A DNA stretch of 64,000 bases, taken from Dipteris shenzhenensis (lineage: Eukaryota). The notes below the pieces were generated by a model. That model was given only the letters and a program-made list of their open reading frames with translations, was not told the origin of the DNA and did no database searches. Position 1 is the stretch's first letter. Every line of letters begins with the position of its first letter. Of this stretch, positions 48,670 to 63,030 are shown piece by piece. The position numbers and the translations under genes were made by a program. The DNA lies in assembly GCA_047967505.1 (NCBI GenBank), contig CM106538.1. The stretch is one strand, 5' to 3'.

Positions 48670-51600
48670 GGGGTCAAAAACTAAGGGGTCAAACAGTTTT
48701 TCTCTGTTTAAGAAGTTTTTCTATGTTTAAGACAAAGGCAAAGCCCCGGCTATCTCAAATGGTAATGCTTCTTTTCCTATGCCTTTGTTCTCTCCACTTC
48801 AAGGGAAGGGGGAAATTTTTTTGACTAATGGATGGCAAACTCCTCGCAAAGTGATCTCTCCCAGGCAACCTTTGCCTTCTTGGACTTGGAGTGGTGCATC
48901 CTCTCATGGGAAAACACTTGCTGAAAACTCTGGTGTTGGCTTGACCTGGGCTGCTATGACTGTAAATCGGACCTTGTTTCCTGAAGAAGAAGTTGCTGCA
49001 CTTTTGTCCTCTCCTCAGGCTGATGCTTCATCCCAGGGTAGAGGCCTGGACATTGAGGTGGAAATGTAGACGTAGATAGCCCGTTAGTTGTACATACCTA
49101 TCCCATAACTATGAATATGATTGATCATCTGAAGTGTGTTACTCTCAATGTACAGGGAATGTGTGATGGTCGCAAATGGAAACTGGTCTGGATGTATATC
49201 AGGCAATTGCAACCTAATATAGTTGCTTTGCAAGAGCATAATCAGCATATGTATGCTAGTCAAATAGGCCATTTTGCTAGTTATGATATCTTCTATGCTA
49301 GAGAGCACTCCTTTTCTGGTGTGGCTTTTTTGGTAAAGCATGACCTTCAACCTGTTGTGGCTCTCAATGATTACCATGGTAGATGGATTATTGTTCAATG
49401 CCTTGTTCAAGGGGAAATTTTTTAATTTGCATCGGTTTATGTCCCCCAATCTTCTCGTGATAGAGCTTTGATTTGGGCTACCATGCATACGTATCCATGG
49501 CAACAACATGCCTTCATTTGTGGTGACTTTAATAATGCCCCTCAATCGGGTGACGACACTTCAGGCCACACTCATATGTTGGCTTCTAAAACACAGGCAT
49601 GGTCTGATTTTTTACTTCAGTTGCACTTGGTTGATCTTTGGAAGGAATTACAGCCCATGCTTCCGGGCTATACCTTTCAGCATAATGCTCAATCTTCTTA
49701 TCAGGCACGCTTGGACAGATGGTATCAGATTGATCCACAGCATTGTGATGCCTTTACTTGTCAAATTTGGGTTGATCATGCTTTCACACATTCGGATCAT
49801 GCTCCTCTTTGGTTGAGGCTTTCCTTACATGAATTTCCCACTGACAGATTGCCTTGCCGAAGACTTTTGCTGATTAATAATAGTTATCTGGAGCATGCTA
49901 ACTTTAAAGCCTTGGCCTCTAATGCTATTTAGCCTCTCTCTCGTCAGATACACATTGGTTTGGATTATGCCTGGCAGGCTTTTGTTGCTCGGATGCAAGC
50001 AATTATTCGAGATTATGGCAAATCCTATATGCAAGCCACAAGGGAGACTGTAGCACATGCCAAATTTACTTGTCAAAGATTGACTGAGCTTGCTCATCTT
50101 CGCCCTTTGTCTTCAGAGGAAAGCATGCTCTTATGTCAGGCTCAATTCTCTCTTCAATCCAATGATCGTAGAAGGCTTGCTAAATGAGAAACTCAATCCA
50201 GATAACATGCATTTTTGGATAAAGGCTGCTCTTCCAAGCAATTTTTTAAGAGTTTACACTACAAAAGATAAGCTGCCAATATTTTGTCGGATCCGGATAC
50301 CTGATGGTTCTTGGTCAACATCTCGTTAAGAGCGTGCTGATTTATGTGTGCAACACTTCTCCACTCATTTTGGGCATGTGGATAGTCTTTCTCCTCGAGT
50401 CGTCTCTACACGTCAGCTTCTTTTGTAGCATGTTCATCCAATTCTGTCTGATGCTCAGAGGCTTTGGAACTCAAACATCCCTTCACTGAAAGGAAATTGT
50501 CTGATGCACTAAGATCCTGTGGTGGATGGAAATCTCCAGGATGGAATGGTCTCACTATTGAATTTTTTCTTGCATTCTAGGATCTTCTTAAATTCACCTT
50601 GCTGCAAATGGTAAATATAGCATGGCAAAATCAGTAGATGCCTGTGTCATGGAAAAAGGGTCTTCTCAAGCTGATTCCAAAAAAGTAGCTATGTGATTCA
50701 CTTGGTGATTGGAGGCCAATCACGCTCATGCCAGTAATTTACAAGATCATTGCCAATCCCTCCCAATATGGCTTTGTTCCACGTCGCCATATCACAGATA
50801 ACATTGCCAATGCTTGGGTTTGGACAAAAAATGCAGCAAGTTATTTACTGGCTTTACAGAGATAGCAATGCGGCTTGCATTCTTTCTGGGGGGATATTTC
50901 TAATGAGTGGACTTTTCATTGTTTGGTCCACCAAGGATGCCCTCTCAGTGCGTTATTACTCAGTGGCTTCAGGATCACTTCATGGCTTGGAATTGGATGC
51001 TAATCGCAACATGGTTGCTCAAGCTTATGCTGATGATTCTTTCTTTACCCCAAAGAATACGCCCCATGATCTCGGTGCCTTGATGCAGGCCCTCTCTATT
51101 TATGGTTTGGCGGCTGGTCTTCATGTTAATTTTTAGAAGTCTAAGCTGCTCCCTTTGCATTCCAAAGACTAGCATAGTCTATTATGGCCCGGGGATATCA
51201 TTCCTCCCACTTAGTTTGTTTGTCATCTTGGTTACCCTTTGGGGTGGGAACTCACTCGTCGACAACAAACTGATTGGGTTTTGGCTAAGCTTTGGAAAAA
51301 GCTTGAGTATTGGAAACTGGCAACCTATCCTTTGCACATTCGTCTTCGAATAATGCAGTCCATCCTTGTGGCATATATTCAATTTTACTTGCCATTGATC
51401 ATGTTCACTAAGGCATATCTTACATCTTTCATGTCTGTCTTTATGGAAATCTTATGGCAATCCAAACATGGTAGAAAAAGTCTCAGGCTACTTTCGATGC
51501 ATCACATTTGTTCTCCCAAGATGCATGGTGGATTGAACATGACAGATATTCATGTGCATATTCTTGCCCACAAGGGGGAAATGTTGCTGCAATTTCTGCA

Positions 51601-52806
51601 AGGTGATCAGCCTTGGGCTCTTATGATTAGGACTCTGGTCACTCATATCAGTATTTTTGCGTTTGGTCATTGGAAACTCAATCACTGGGATTTCTTTTTT
51701 GGCTGCACTGATGGCACTTTGCCTAGCTACCCTTTTGTCTCCCACTTGCTTGTTGACTGCAAGCATGTCCTTTCTCATCTAGAATGGAATGGACGGCAAT
51801 CTTTGCTTGGGAATTGTTTGAGAGTTGAAAGCATTCACTAGTCGAAAGTCTTTCATCCTCCCTTGGCTTTACAGGAACCTCGACGTTCCTACTTTGTCTC
51901 GTTTAAAGGCATCACCTCGGTTGCTAATGTTATAGATGATGCTGGTACTATGCTCCCCTTTTCTCTAGCAGCCACTACATATGGATTGGGTTCTCATTAT
52001 CATCCTTTGTGGCGACAAATTACTTCTATGCTTTTGCCTTTTGTTTCAATTCCTCCTTTGGAACTCCAGGACCAGCTAGAAGATTGGATTTGACTTCTCC
52101 AAGGTCCTCTTCTCCTCCTTTGAGGCTATCTCAGATTACTGTACCTACATTGTATAAAATCCTTTTGCCTCAACCTTGGGTTTCAGAGAGAGGTGATTCT
52201 GTTTGGCAAATGTATCGCCCAGCCAAGTGGTGGAGTAAAAGATTACAGCAACTTTGGGCCTATAAAGTACCGCTTCAGCAACAGGTTTTCTTTTAGCGAG
52301 TTCTTTTGGTAGTGTTTCCATCTGGACAGCTATTAGCTCATCGACACATTGCTCCTGCACTTTGCCACAGATGTTCTACTTCTTTGGAAACTGTGCCTCA
52401 CTTGTTTTGGCATTGTCCGTGCTCTCATGAGTTTTTTAATCTACTTCGACAGTGCCTACGAGGAAGATTCCCATCTGTTCCATTTGGGAAGTTCTTCTAG
52501 CTATTTGGGTTTCATCCATCCAAACCGGAGTTTCATCTTTTCTTTGTTTGGGTTTGCTATTAGGCACTATGGACTTTATGGACATATAGGAATTGTAAAG
52601 TCTTTGGTGATCCTACTTTCTCTCCATTTGTCTTTTTTAGGCGTTCTCTGCAACAATCTTTCTTTGATTGCTTGCAGACCTGCTACATAGATCATGAGGT
52701 CTTTTTGGCATATACTGAAATTTTCAGTTGATGTAATTGTAGCACCTTATTTTGAGGTTGCTACTCATATAATATAATCAATCAAAGATTTTACCCCCAA
52801 AAAAAA
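48670..52806 (+). mobile_element. L1/Tx1-clade LINE, ORF2 pseudogene (APE-RT-zf-RVT) with A-rich tail, inserted in (GT)n
   Basis: TLNVQG, ALQEH, ICGDFNN, RLDRWY, SDHAPL (APE); WRPITL, QGCPLS, AYADD (RT); CHRCSTSLETVPHLFWHC; A run at 52799-52806; many stops. Confidence 0.92.
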
Positions 52807-52852
52807 TGTGTGTGTGTGTGCGTTCATGTGTGCGTGCGTGTGTGTGTGTATG

Positions 52853-53140
52853 TGGAAGACTTTACAAAACCCCTTTTCGTAGTGAAATGAAAACAATTTA
52901 GACAATGGATTCAAAAGAAAAAACTGTTGTATTTAGTTGAAAGAACCAACCTATAGGTGAAACCCTACTAATGTTTATACAAAAAAGCTCATCAAGAGGT
53001 AGGCATTTTGCAAAATTTTGTAGAACGCATAATTGCACACACATAGCAAGCATCACTTTTATTGAAGAGGGGAGTTTGCATACCTATCACCATCCAACAA
53101 GAAAGACATGGTGAGAACTAGCTTACACCTTAGTTGGGGT

Positions 53141-53208
<68 letters not shown>

Positions 53209-53481
53209 AAGACTTTACAAAACCCCTTTTCATAGTGAAATGAAAACAATTTAGACAATGGATTCAATCAAAAAAACAGTTGTATTTAGTGGAAAGAACC
53301 AACCTATAGGTGAAACCCTACTAATGTTTATACAAAAAAGCTCATCAAGAGGTAGGCATTTTGCAAAATTTTGTAGAATGCATAATTTCACACACATAGC
53401 AAGCATCACTTTTATTGAAGAGGGGAGTTTGCATACCTATCACCATTCAACAAGAAAGACATGGTGAGAACTAGCTTAAAC
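52853..53481. repeat. Near-identical ~275-bp direct duplication, each copy preceded by a (GT)n tract
   Basis: GTGGAAGACTTTACAAAACCCC...GGTGAGAACTAGCTTA at 52853-53125 and 53204-53478. Confidence 0.9.
53143..53206. repeat. (GT)n microsatellite
   Basis: Perfect run; other GT tracts at 11924-11955, 19492-19512, 48627-48665 and 52807-52853. Confidence 0.97.
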
Positions 53482-56400
53482 CGTTGGGGAAAATAGCAAG
53501 GAGGAGGAAGCACCTGGGTGGTATGGTCCATCCACCTCGTATGTGGTTTTGTGAACCTCTTGTGTCATTGGAAGGTTAGCTTCCTGTGACATCTTCTTCT
53601 CTATGTATGCTGTGGACTTGCCTTGTAGGTCTGAAGTTCTAGACTCCAGTGCAAATGTGGATGGTTCCTCCAAGTTGTCCAGTCTCTTGGCCCCTCCTAG
53701 GTTGGTCAGGATGCACAATGAAGTCAACTACCCTTCCAAGAGTCTTTTTTGGCCCCACTTGCCTTCGGGTAACATCAATCATTAGGTGGTCATCCTCTTC
53801 TTCTACATATCCATGAGTGTCTTCTCTAGTACCATCACTGTGCTCAGCCAGTTCATCATCTATGTGGTCATCCTCTTCTTTTGAAGGTTCATGAGTGTCT
53901 TCTTCGATACCGTCACTATGCTCAGCCAATTCATCATCTTCCTATATAGCATCCTCTTCCTCTATTGGGACCCTATGGTCTTTTTTCTGGTATGAGACAT
54001 CCATATCATGTGTCTCCATTGTTACTTCATGGTCTTTTGTCTTTGAGTCACCCCGCCATTGACCTCTCCACCAACTTGTCTAGTACTTGTGGTCATCACC
54101 TGCTGGTACATGTGGGCATTACTACTACAAGGACCAAAGGCATCTATTCATACATTAGGTTAGCCAAACCAGGTGTAGATGCTTCCTGGCTCATCTCTTG
54201 TGCTTTTCGTGAAGTACCAAGATGGGCTTAAAGATCCTCTTCTAGGCATAACTCCACCATGTTAATGGATAAGGATATCAAGGCCCCCGTCCAATCCAAG
54301 ATGATAGCTTCTTCCTCGTATGGTCTAGCATGTTCCAACAAGTACGTCAAGCTCTCACCATCATCTTGTGCTACTATTGCATAGGTTTCATCTTGGAAGG
54401 GTGAGTCCTCCACATAGGCCAGCTATTCTTTTTGTATGGGCCAATCCCCAAGTGCCCATCGCTCCTCCTCCTCCACCCTTTCTTTTTCTTCAAAATCCTC
54501 TTCCCCAAGTTCCACAGGTTGGTGTGATGAGCCCTTCCAGTAACCTTACCTATTTCTAGGGACGTGGATCCCAAAGGCAACCGAACTTCATCACTTGACC
54601 AATCTTGAATGGCCTTTTCTGACCGTAACCATGGTCTACCGAGAAGTAGAGAATAAATCTACTCACCCTCCATCATATCAACTCCAATAAAATTGGACAA
54701 GAATGTAACTGCCTCAATCTTTATGTGAACACCTTTGACTTCACCTTGTGTTGATCCACCATTCGCACTTAAAATGAACATTAGTTGTCAATTTCAAACC
54801 CAATTGTTGAAGAGTATCTCTCGACATGATGTTCACTACTGCCCCGCCATCCAAGAAAACATCTTTCAGCTCCACCCTGTTGATTTCCACGATGAGCTTA
54901 GGACTTTGTTCACACATGAGGGCAGCATAGGTTGAGCAGTGGTCTAGCATCAAGCCATCTTGAACCGGTACTATTTCTAGTGTGGGCCCACCTTGAATAG
55001 ATCCCCTTTGTTGACCTCCTGGCATACAATCCACGAATGCAATACTCTGATGCTTGATATGTGGAGACAATAGACAGAGTTGTCGTAGGGTGATGTTAGG
55101 CTTGAATTCCATCAAATCTTTAATCAAAGAATATGGCTGTCCAATAGCAGCTATTTGTGCCCTCATCTGTCGAGCTTCTGGCTAGGGGTTAAAGCTCACA
55201 TGAGGGAGAGGAGGTACCTTTGAATCTCAATCAATGTCTCCTGTGGTGACTTTTCCATCACCCGTTTCCCCTTTCTTTGGGCACCACTGGGATTCACTTC
55301 CATCTCCTTCTCTTTGATGAATGGGCTTCCTAGGGGGAAAGTCGATGGGCCTACTTGTGACTCCTTCTCACGCTTTTGTCCTAAAGTCTTCATCTCTATC
55401 GCAAACCTCACTATTCTAGACTTATGGGAGGGAAATTGAGGTGTGTTGCCTTCATCTTTAGAACTGGATCAAAGATCTTTAGTAACACTCCTGACCACCT
55501 CTTGGTACCTTGGAGACATAGATTGCTCACTTGGACATGCGGTACTTTTAGAGCTAGTGATAGATCTTGATGGTGATTGTGAAGCCCTTCTGGTTCTTTA
55601 TGATCCACTAATAGGACAAGACAAGGGTGATGCACTCCTGTGCCCATTGTCCACCTTGGAGGAAGAAGGTGGGGATGCTCCTCTACTGACAGATTTGGTA
55701 CTACTTGGTGATGAGCCTCTGATATTGATGTTGAGTCATCCTTACTATTGTACTTTTTCATTTGTGACCTTGTCACAACTCCCAACACAGCACCAATCAA
55801 ATGGGGTTTGTCACCCTCCATTGCCACTATTACGTCAACCATGTTAACTTGGGATGCTGATTCCCTTCTGCCATTGGGACAATCTCTGGTGTAGTGGTCA
55901 TTTGTGTTGCACTATGTACAAGAGGGTCCCTTGAATGGTTGTGTACAGTCATCTTGGTAGTGGCCATACTCACCACATTTGTAGCACATGATGGGTTTGC
56001 AAAATTTGGTACTTGTGCCTCCACCTCCACGTCCACCTCGGAACCCACCCTGTCGATCGCATTGAGATAAGGGGATCCATATCAACCCCCTAACATAGGT
56101 GGTTGATATTGTGCATAGTAGGGTAGAGGATAGAAGTATGGAGCCCCAATCTGATTGGGAGTAGAAGCTTAGAGAAAATGAGGATTTGAAAGTAGTGGAC
56201 ATGGAATAGTAGGAGGGGTAGGTGGTTCAAGTGCCTTCATAGGGGCTAAAACTAAGGCAACTGGCCCCAAAGTGGTCCGTGCAGCTCTATTGACTGTAGC
56301 CACCAAAGGTTCCCTAGTTGGATACTCTGGTATAAGCTTCCTCTACCCTTTAAGATGCCTACACTCAGAGGCATCATGTCCATGAATTTCACAAAATGTG

Positions 56401-57925
56401 GAAAAGGAGGTCGGAGTGGGTACCTTATGCTTCGATGGACATTCCCAATAGCCATGGCTAGAACCCTTGCAGTCGGTGCACTAGAGACCACTTCTTATGC
56501 TTCAAAGGGTGACTATCCATGCCCCCTTGTTTTGTCTTTCAGCAGACCTTCTTTGATATCTTCTAACTCCTTCTTGAGTTACTGCCAAGCCAGTGAGCCC
56601 TCTTCTCTCAAAAATTGGGTAGTCTGAGTGTGTGTTGAGGCAAAACTTAATTGGGAGTGTTCCATCTTCATCGCTTCCCTCAGGATGTCTTGTAGTAAGG
56701 CATGCTCAGGGAGTTTGTCAACCAGCCTTATAGCAATGGTGGAAGGTAAAGCCTTCAAAAAACACCCCTTCATGACGGCATCATTGGGTGGCATAGACTT
56801 CTTTGTGGCTAGGACCATCATCCTTGTGTACATCTCTGAGATACTTTTGCCAGGCTTCATGGTATCAGTGGATAACTCTTGGACAATCATGTGTTCAAAT
56901 TTTTCCAACTTGAAAGTGCATAAGAATTCCTCCCTTAATTCTTTCCATGTCTGGATGTGGTCAGGGGTAAATTAACTGTACCATACATTTGCGGCATCCT
57001 CCAATGACGAGGGGAAGATGTGAAGGAACACATGCTCATTCTCCACACCTTTAGCTCTACATGATGTGTGGAATTTCCTCACATGAGCTTCTGCATCCTC
57101 ATGGAGGTGGCCTTTGGACTTTTGAGTTTTCACGTGGACCTTGTTGAGTAGCTTGAGAAGTCTAGCTCTGTCTGTAGGACTGAGAACGGCCATCCCCACC
57201 TAAGAGGCTGAAGTAGATGCAAGAGTTGGAGGGAGTGATGGAGCCGTAATGAGTGTGGGTGCTCCAAACGAGGAGACCACACTGACAACACCTCCTATGG
57301 AGGACCACAATGGGGAAGTCACTAGTAATGTAGCCATAGAGGAAGTGTACATAGATGGTACTGCATACGCGGAGAGCCTCGGTGTTGCAGAGGGAAAGGG
57401 TGAGAACATAGAAGATGTGGGGATTAAAGAGGATCTGAGAGCATTTGGGAAAGAGAGGGACGGAGTTGAATTCATGGATGAGTAGGCAGTAGAGAAGGAA
57501 GGAGGTGGTGGAAAAGGCAGCACAGGTGTGAATGGAAAGGGAGATGAAACCTTCATGGCAGGTAAATGCATGGCCGGAGCAAAAGTACCCCCGAGTGGGA
57601 TAGATGTGGAAGAAAGATTAGCTAGGAACCCAGAGCTATGCATAACAAATGAGGTAGCGCTTGTCAGTAGAGGTCGAGTCGGGAGCAGAGGGAGTCACCA
57701 CTCCAGCAGAAGTGGTGGTTGATGAAGACATCATTACAAGAGGAGGAGAGGGGCTACCTTAAACTTGATGAGTCCTTGAGGAGCCTTCTTCCTTTGTACC
57801 CTCTTCTTTCACCAGTTCTCTACTTTGCACTTCTTCTTCTCTAGAGTTTGGGTCTGACCACCATGGTACCTGTTGATCCAAGTCAATGAGAGTATCGATG
57901 AAGTTACTTGCTCTGGCTACTACTC
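53482..57925 (-). mobile_element. Ty3/Gypsy gag-protease relic, truncated before RT
   Basis: Gag (EDAEAHVRKF...IFPSSLEDAANVWY), knuckle CYKCGEYGHYQDDC, aspartic protease VFLDGGAVVNIMS and LLLGRPW; acidic spacer repeat DELAEHSDG; degenerate PBS-like site near 57910-57922. Confidence 0.85.
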
Positions 57926-60900
57926 CAATGGGCTCACTTTGTGCTCACGTTGAGGACTTCATGAACTTTTGTCACATGTAATGCTTCTTGTATCAGGTTT
58001 GGTCTACCAAAAGTCTTTTCTCCACTCTCCTCAAGTACCTCCTAGTTCTCTCACTAGCACCTTTAAATGTTTTAGAACTACTTTGCATAAGACCTCTCTC
58101 TAGGACCCTAGAGCACCACTTCACTTGGAGGCACAAGACTTGGATATGATGGGTAAGGCCATATACAATGATACAGTGGATATATGTTGAAGTTTCCAAG
58201 ATTCCACCTATTGCGGTAGGTACCTCCAAGTCTACACCAATGCTAAGAAATGCACATTACAATAGGTTTTTTGAGGCAAAGATTTTCTCTCAATCTCATG
58301 AATATCTCATTAGTAAGACCATATACAATGATATGCAGCCCTTCTTTAAAAAAATTTATAAGTATATTTGATTGAAGAAGAGCACATGGTATATACCTTA
58401 AAGCTACATCGTAAAGGCCTTCTCTACATATAAAGAACTGAACCACCATCGACCAGCTTGGTGTATTTTAGGAAAATTTGATTCTCAGATTCAGGAAGTT
58501 TGCAAGACTAGGTAGTTTACGGGTCCTGGATAGGTAGTTTGCGAGACTGCGTAAGCACACTGCAAACTTGACCTACATATGTGCATAATTTGACATAGAC
58601 TATGGTGCAATGTTGGTAAATATTGCACTTAGAAGGGCCGGCTCCTTGGCTCCCATTAATAGAAGTAGATGAAAATGTGGAAGGCACAAGCTTGGGGTCC
58701 AATGACCATCATATAGATGATGAGGTATGTATTGTGCCCAAGCCCCCTTTTCCAAGTCAAAAAACAAATCTACGAGGACTAGGTCCTCTCCTCTCTTCCT
58801 ATCAATGAGTCCAACAATTCCCCTCCTCCTATGGATAGCCCTCCTCATTAGCCACTTCATGTTAACCCACTTCCATTGCCACTTTCACTGCCACCACCCA
58901 ATCCTCAACAACCAACCCCCACTCCTTCCAAGAGAAACAACCCTCTCCAATGTAGTCCCTGAACTCCAACAAAAAGAATAGAGCTAGAAGATGACTCTAG
59001 TGTGCACTGTGTAGCTGAACTCTTAGGTGTTGGCAAACCATAGCAACATAAAACATAGAGGTGAAAGTTTTGTGACCCAGCCTAATGATACAGAAGGCCC
59101 TTCAAACAAAGTCATAGGCACCAAGGATAATGCAAAAGTCTTCACGAAGAAGATGCAATCAACAAAAAATGGCCATGGTAGTCCCATCAAGCACAATCCC
59201 TTCTCTGGGACACCCACCAAGCTATTGTGGGTAATACTACAAAGGATGGCAAAGAAGATACAACCCAAGGAAACATCTTGGATCCAAAGAGCAAGGTTAT
59301 TGCAGAAGATCTACCCATCTCAAATGTTTTGCTAACTATGCCAAAGAGCATAACAACGGTAATTCCCCCCTTGTCAATCATTCTGCCATAGAATCCACCT
59401 TTTTAAAACACATTCCATTGATCTAACCACAGTAGTAGTGATTCAAAATCTCAAAAATATTCCCAATCATCCATAGGAAGTTCCTTTACTTTTGGCCCCT
59501 AGGCATGTCATTCCAGGTGAGGATACAAAACCCTTTTTCATTTTGAAATCTACATGCCTTGGTATGTTGTCTCTCCCATTTGGTGGTCTTTGAGAATATA
59601 GCTTAGAAGCCATTCAATTAGTACAAGACATTTTCTCACACTAGGTTTTGTCTGAAGTATTGATCCACAAAAGGCAAGAGTGCAACAAGGTGATTAGGGG
59701 CACTCATGAATTCTATGCTTAGTTAGTTGAGCTCATAGACAATAATCAAACTAGAGAGTTTGAAGACGATACATGCTAGCTTGTAGGCCGAGCATGAAGC
59801 ATTGGATCATGAATATCATGAAGCAATGGGTCTACTTTGCAGCTTTCACAATGCAGTGGAGTCACAACATCAACTCATAGTGCATCGGGAACAAAGTATT
59901 AAGGCACTCATAGACTCTACTATTGGGCTCCAATGATTTCGGTCAAAAAATGATGTCTTGCATTGCAAAGTGAGAACCCTCAAGTAGATTTAGGCTCTAC
60001 TACACTACTCAACAAGCCTTAGGAGCATCTAAACATATTTTCTTGGCCTAAAGGGCCTGATGATCATGAAGGAGTAATAGGGCCAATAGGACCACACACA
60101 ACCACACAAGTAATTGGTGCACACACCTGGGCTAATACACGGCAGAAATATGGTGCAGAGACCCCAGTCTTGTAGTTTAGGTCCAAACAACCACACAAGT
60201 AGTGGGCAAAGGACAACACAATAGTGCAAGCTCTTTAATGCTCAATTTGGCGCCTCACCTTGTGCTTCCACCACATATAGAGTCGTTCTCACTTAGCACA
60301 TTAGCAAAAGTGGAGACACAAACTTCTCCTGAGAACCTTCCATTTGCCATGCTTTTGCCAAAAGCACAAGATGTGCTCCTCATCTCAACCTGCAATCTCT
60401 CTATCGTGTGTGCCTAGAAAAGTTAAGTTCCCCATGACTTTTCATGCCTTATAGATGCCAGTTACTCTCGACATTGCATCTACTTTTTACTCTTTATTGA
60501 TTGTACTTCACTTCATGAGGTCGAGCCACTGGATTTTGAACCACCTAAAATGTTTATTTAGGACAAGTCTTGCCGTGCATTTGGCATGGCAATCAGCAAA
60601 GGACAGTCCTAGCCAAGCATGGATACTCTGCCAGAGAGAGAGAGAGAGAGGAAAGGAGGCAGAGAGGGAGATTTGTTAGAAACTAGTTTAGGCTTCTTTA
60701 TAGCTGATAGGCTATTATTCTTAGGTTTGTTGCTAGCTTCTATACATTGGCTCATGCACAAAATTTGCAAAAATAAGCTTCTAAAAGTTTTCCATGCTAG
60801 AATCAAATGATCCTTTGAAGTCTAAATATGTAATAACATTTCTTTCAATACATAGAGAGAAAACATTACATTGATACGTCTATTGAGTAATATCTATTTG

Positions 60901-61729
60901 TTTACAAATCTTCCTTCCACACACGGGTCATACTATACTAGGTAATTGAAGTATAAGGAAGGCTATCGGCACTTTAAATGATACATCTTATTCACATTTG
61001 GTGTTTTCCTCATTATAAATTTGCACATTCAATATATGACCTGTAGCCTTTACATTTTAGTAGAAATATTGAGCTCCATCTTAATCAATTGGCAAGTTTT
61101 AGATTGCTCTATTGCCCAATATATTTTAATATGTGCATTTGAATTGAGAGATTGCTAGCCTTTATTCTTGCGTTTCTATAATCCCTACTCTTTTTTGCAT
61201 TTTCTTTTGCCATGGTAGGTCCACTTTCTTTGCAAATAGAGGCAAAACCTACACAAAACTTTGATAACTATGACTTGTACTAGCTGAGTAACACATTAGC
61301 TGCTGCAAAGGAAGCAAGAAGTACATGGTATGCAAAGGAATAAGAACAATGTGTGCAAAAACATTCCTATCATGTCCAATGTCCTTGTGAGAGTACTATG
61401 GACCTAGATTTCTTGGAAATCTTATGTTTGGAGGAGGAGGAGGAGGTGGTGGTGGTGCTAATAGCGATTACCCTTCTCCTAGGGAAGAATCTGGTGATAG
61501 AGATGGAGGTAGTGGTAGTGATGGTGGCAATGGTGGTAATGGAGATTATCATTTTTGTGGGGGAGGAGGCTTCAATGGTTTGGTGATTGCTTATAAATAG
61601 AGTTTAGATCCAAAGGCATGGCATCTTGCTAGATTCCATTGCTTCCTCTATTCTCTTTCTTTCTTCCTTCTCCTTAAATATCTACTCTAATCACATATTA
61701 CATCTCACATACATTTTTCATTTCACATA

Positions 61730-63030
61730 TAGGTTGATGAAGGCAATGAGCTCTCTTATTTGATTAGACTATACTTTTTTAACTTTGGCTTTAGGAAAAG
61801 TGAGTGAAGAAATTAAAGAAAGATGGTATGCACTTTGGATTGCAAAAAGTGATGTGTTTGATACTAAGAGTGTTTGCATGAAGTTTAGAGTATAAGTACT
61901 TCATACGCAAAATGTTTTATATGTGAGTGTATAATAATAGAATCAAGTCATGGCTTGAGATAATGGAAGAGAAAGATAAGTAGGATAAATTAAGATGTCC
62001 ATGTATGTCAGCAGAGCTATATTCATTCCCCCCACTCTAGAGATAAAGATCTCATTGGTGGCAGCATTACAATGCATGGACGTGTAAGATCTTGTTGTAC
62101 TTTGTCTCTTTGTTGTATCATTTTTGTATGTATGTTTCTCCTTAATGTAGATAGGTGAATTTTGTACTACAAGATAAATGAAAATGCCACAGTAATAAGA
62201 GATGAAAGGATTATTTTTTCATGGCAAAACACCATCTCTAGCTGATGAAGCAAGCTTTGTATAAGCTTGTATAGATGCTATGACAGGGAGTCTACAAATA
62301 TTAGAACAAAAGAGGCAAAAAATTTGAAGGTAAACTTGGCTCATTTAGTCTTTGTGCTGATTCTTTTTCAAATCTCTTTCTCTTTGAAGACATACTCTGA
62401 TATTTAGTTTTTATCTATTTACATGTTTCAACATAGCAAGTTCAAATTAGATATAAAGAGTGCACTACCTTAATAGGTGGTGATAACTATAAACGGTATG
62501 ATTGTTCATCAAAAGGGTTGTACTATTAGCATTGCAACACTCCAATATCAAAATTTGTCTCTTGGATAATGATGAATAATGTTATGGAGGATAATGGTTT
62601 TTCAAACCCAACATCTTGGGGGTTCATAGCAAATGAATATTAAGAAAAATGGAGGGTATTCAAACTGTTTACATTGGTAGATATGACATTATTAAATTGT
62701 TATTTCACTATAAGAAAAGCATGATTCTAACACATATTAGCTTGCATAAAGCCATGATTTCAAGAGGAACATAAGAGGGAATCTAAACTCTAGCTCAAGG
62801 GAAGCCACTAAGGATGAACTTGTGGTAACACAAAGTTGGTGTGAGAATGGTTATGCATTGGAATAGGATGTTCCTGCATTGCAAACATGGATGAATTGGT
62901 TGCGTGCATGCATAACCCATTGGTGTGAACTCATGGCAACCCAAAGTTGGTGGGGGTATGGTCATGCTTTGGAGATGATGTTCCTAGATTGAAAATATGG
63001 ATCAATTGGTGCCATATCCCATTGGGTTTA
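61730..63030 (+). mobile_element. Degraded MULE-like DNA transposase relic
   Basis: WIMMNNVMEDNGFSNPTSWGFIANE, LFHYKKSM and SWCENGYALE*DVPALQTWMNWL...THW resemble the FMAD...CLFHW...W core of MULE-type transposases as I recall them. Confidence 0.45.

Noticed and set aside
58000-60600. Cluster of short ORFs
   Set aside because: No diagnostic domain could be read; left unannotated.
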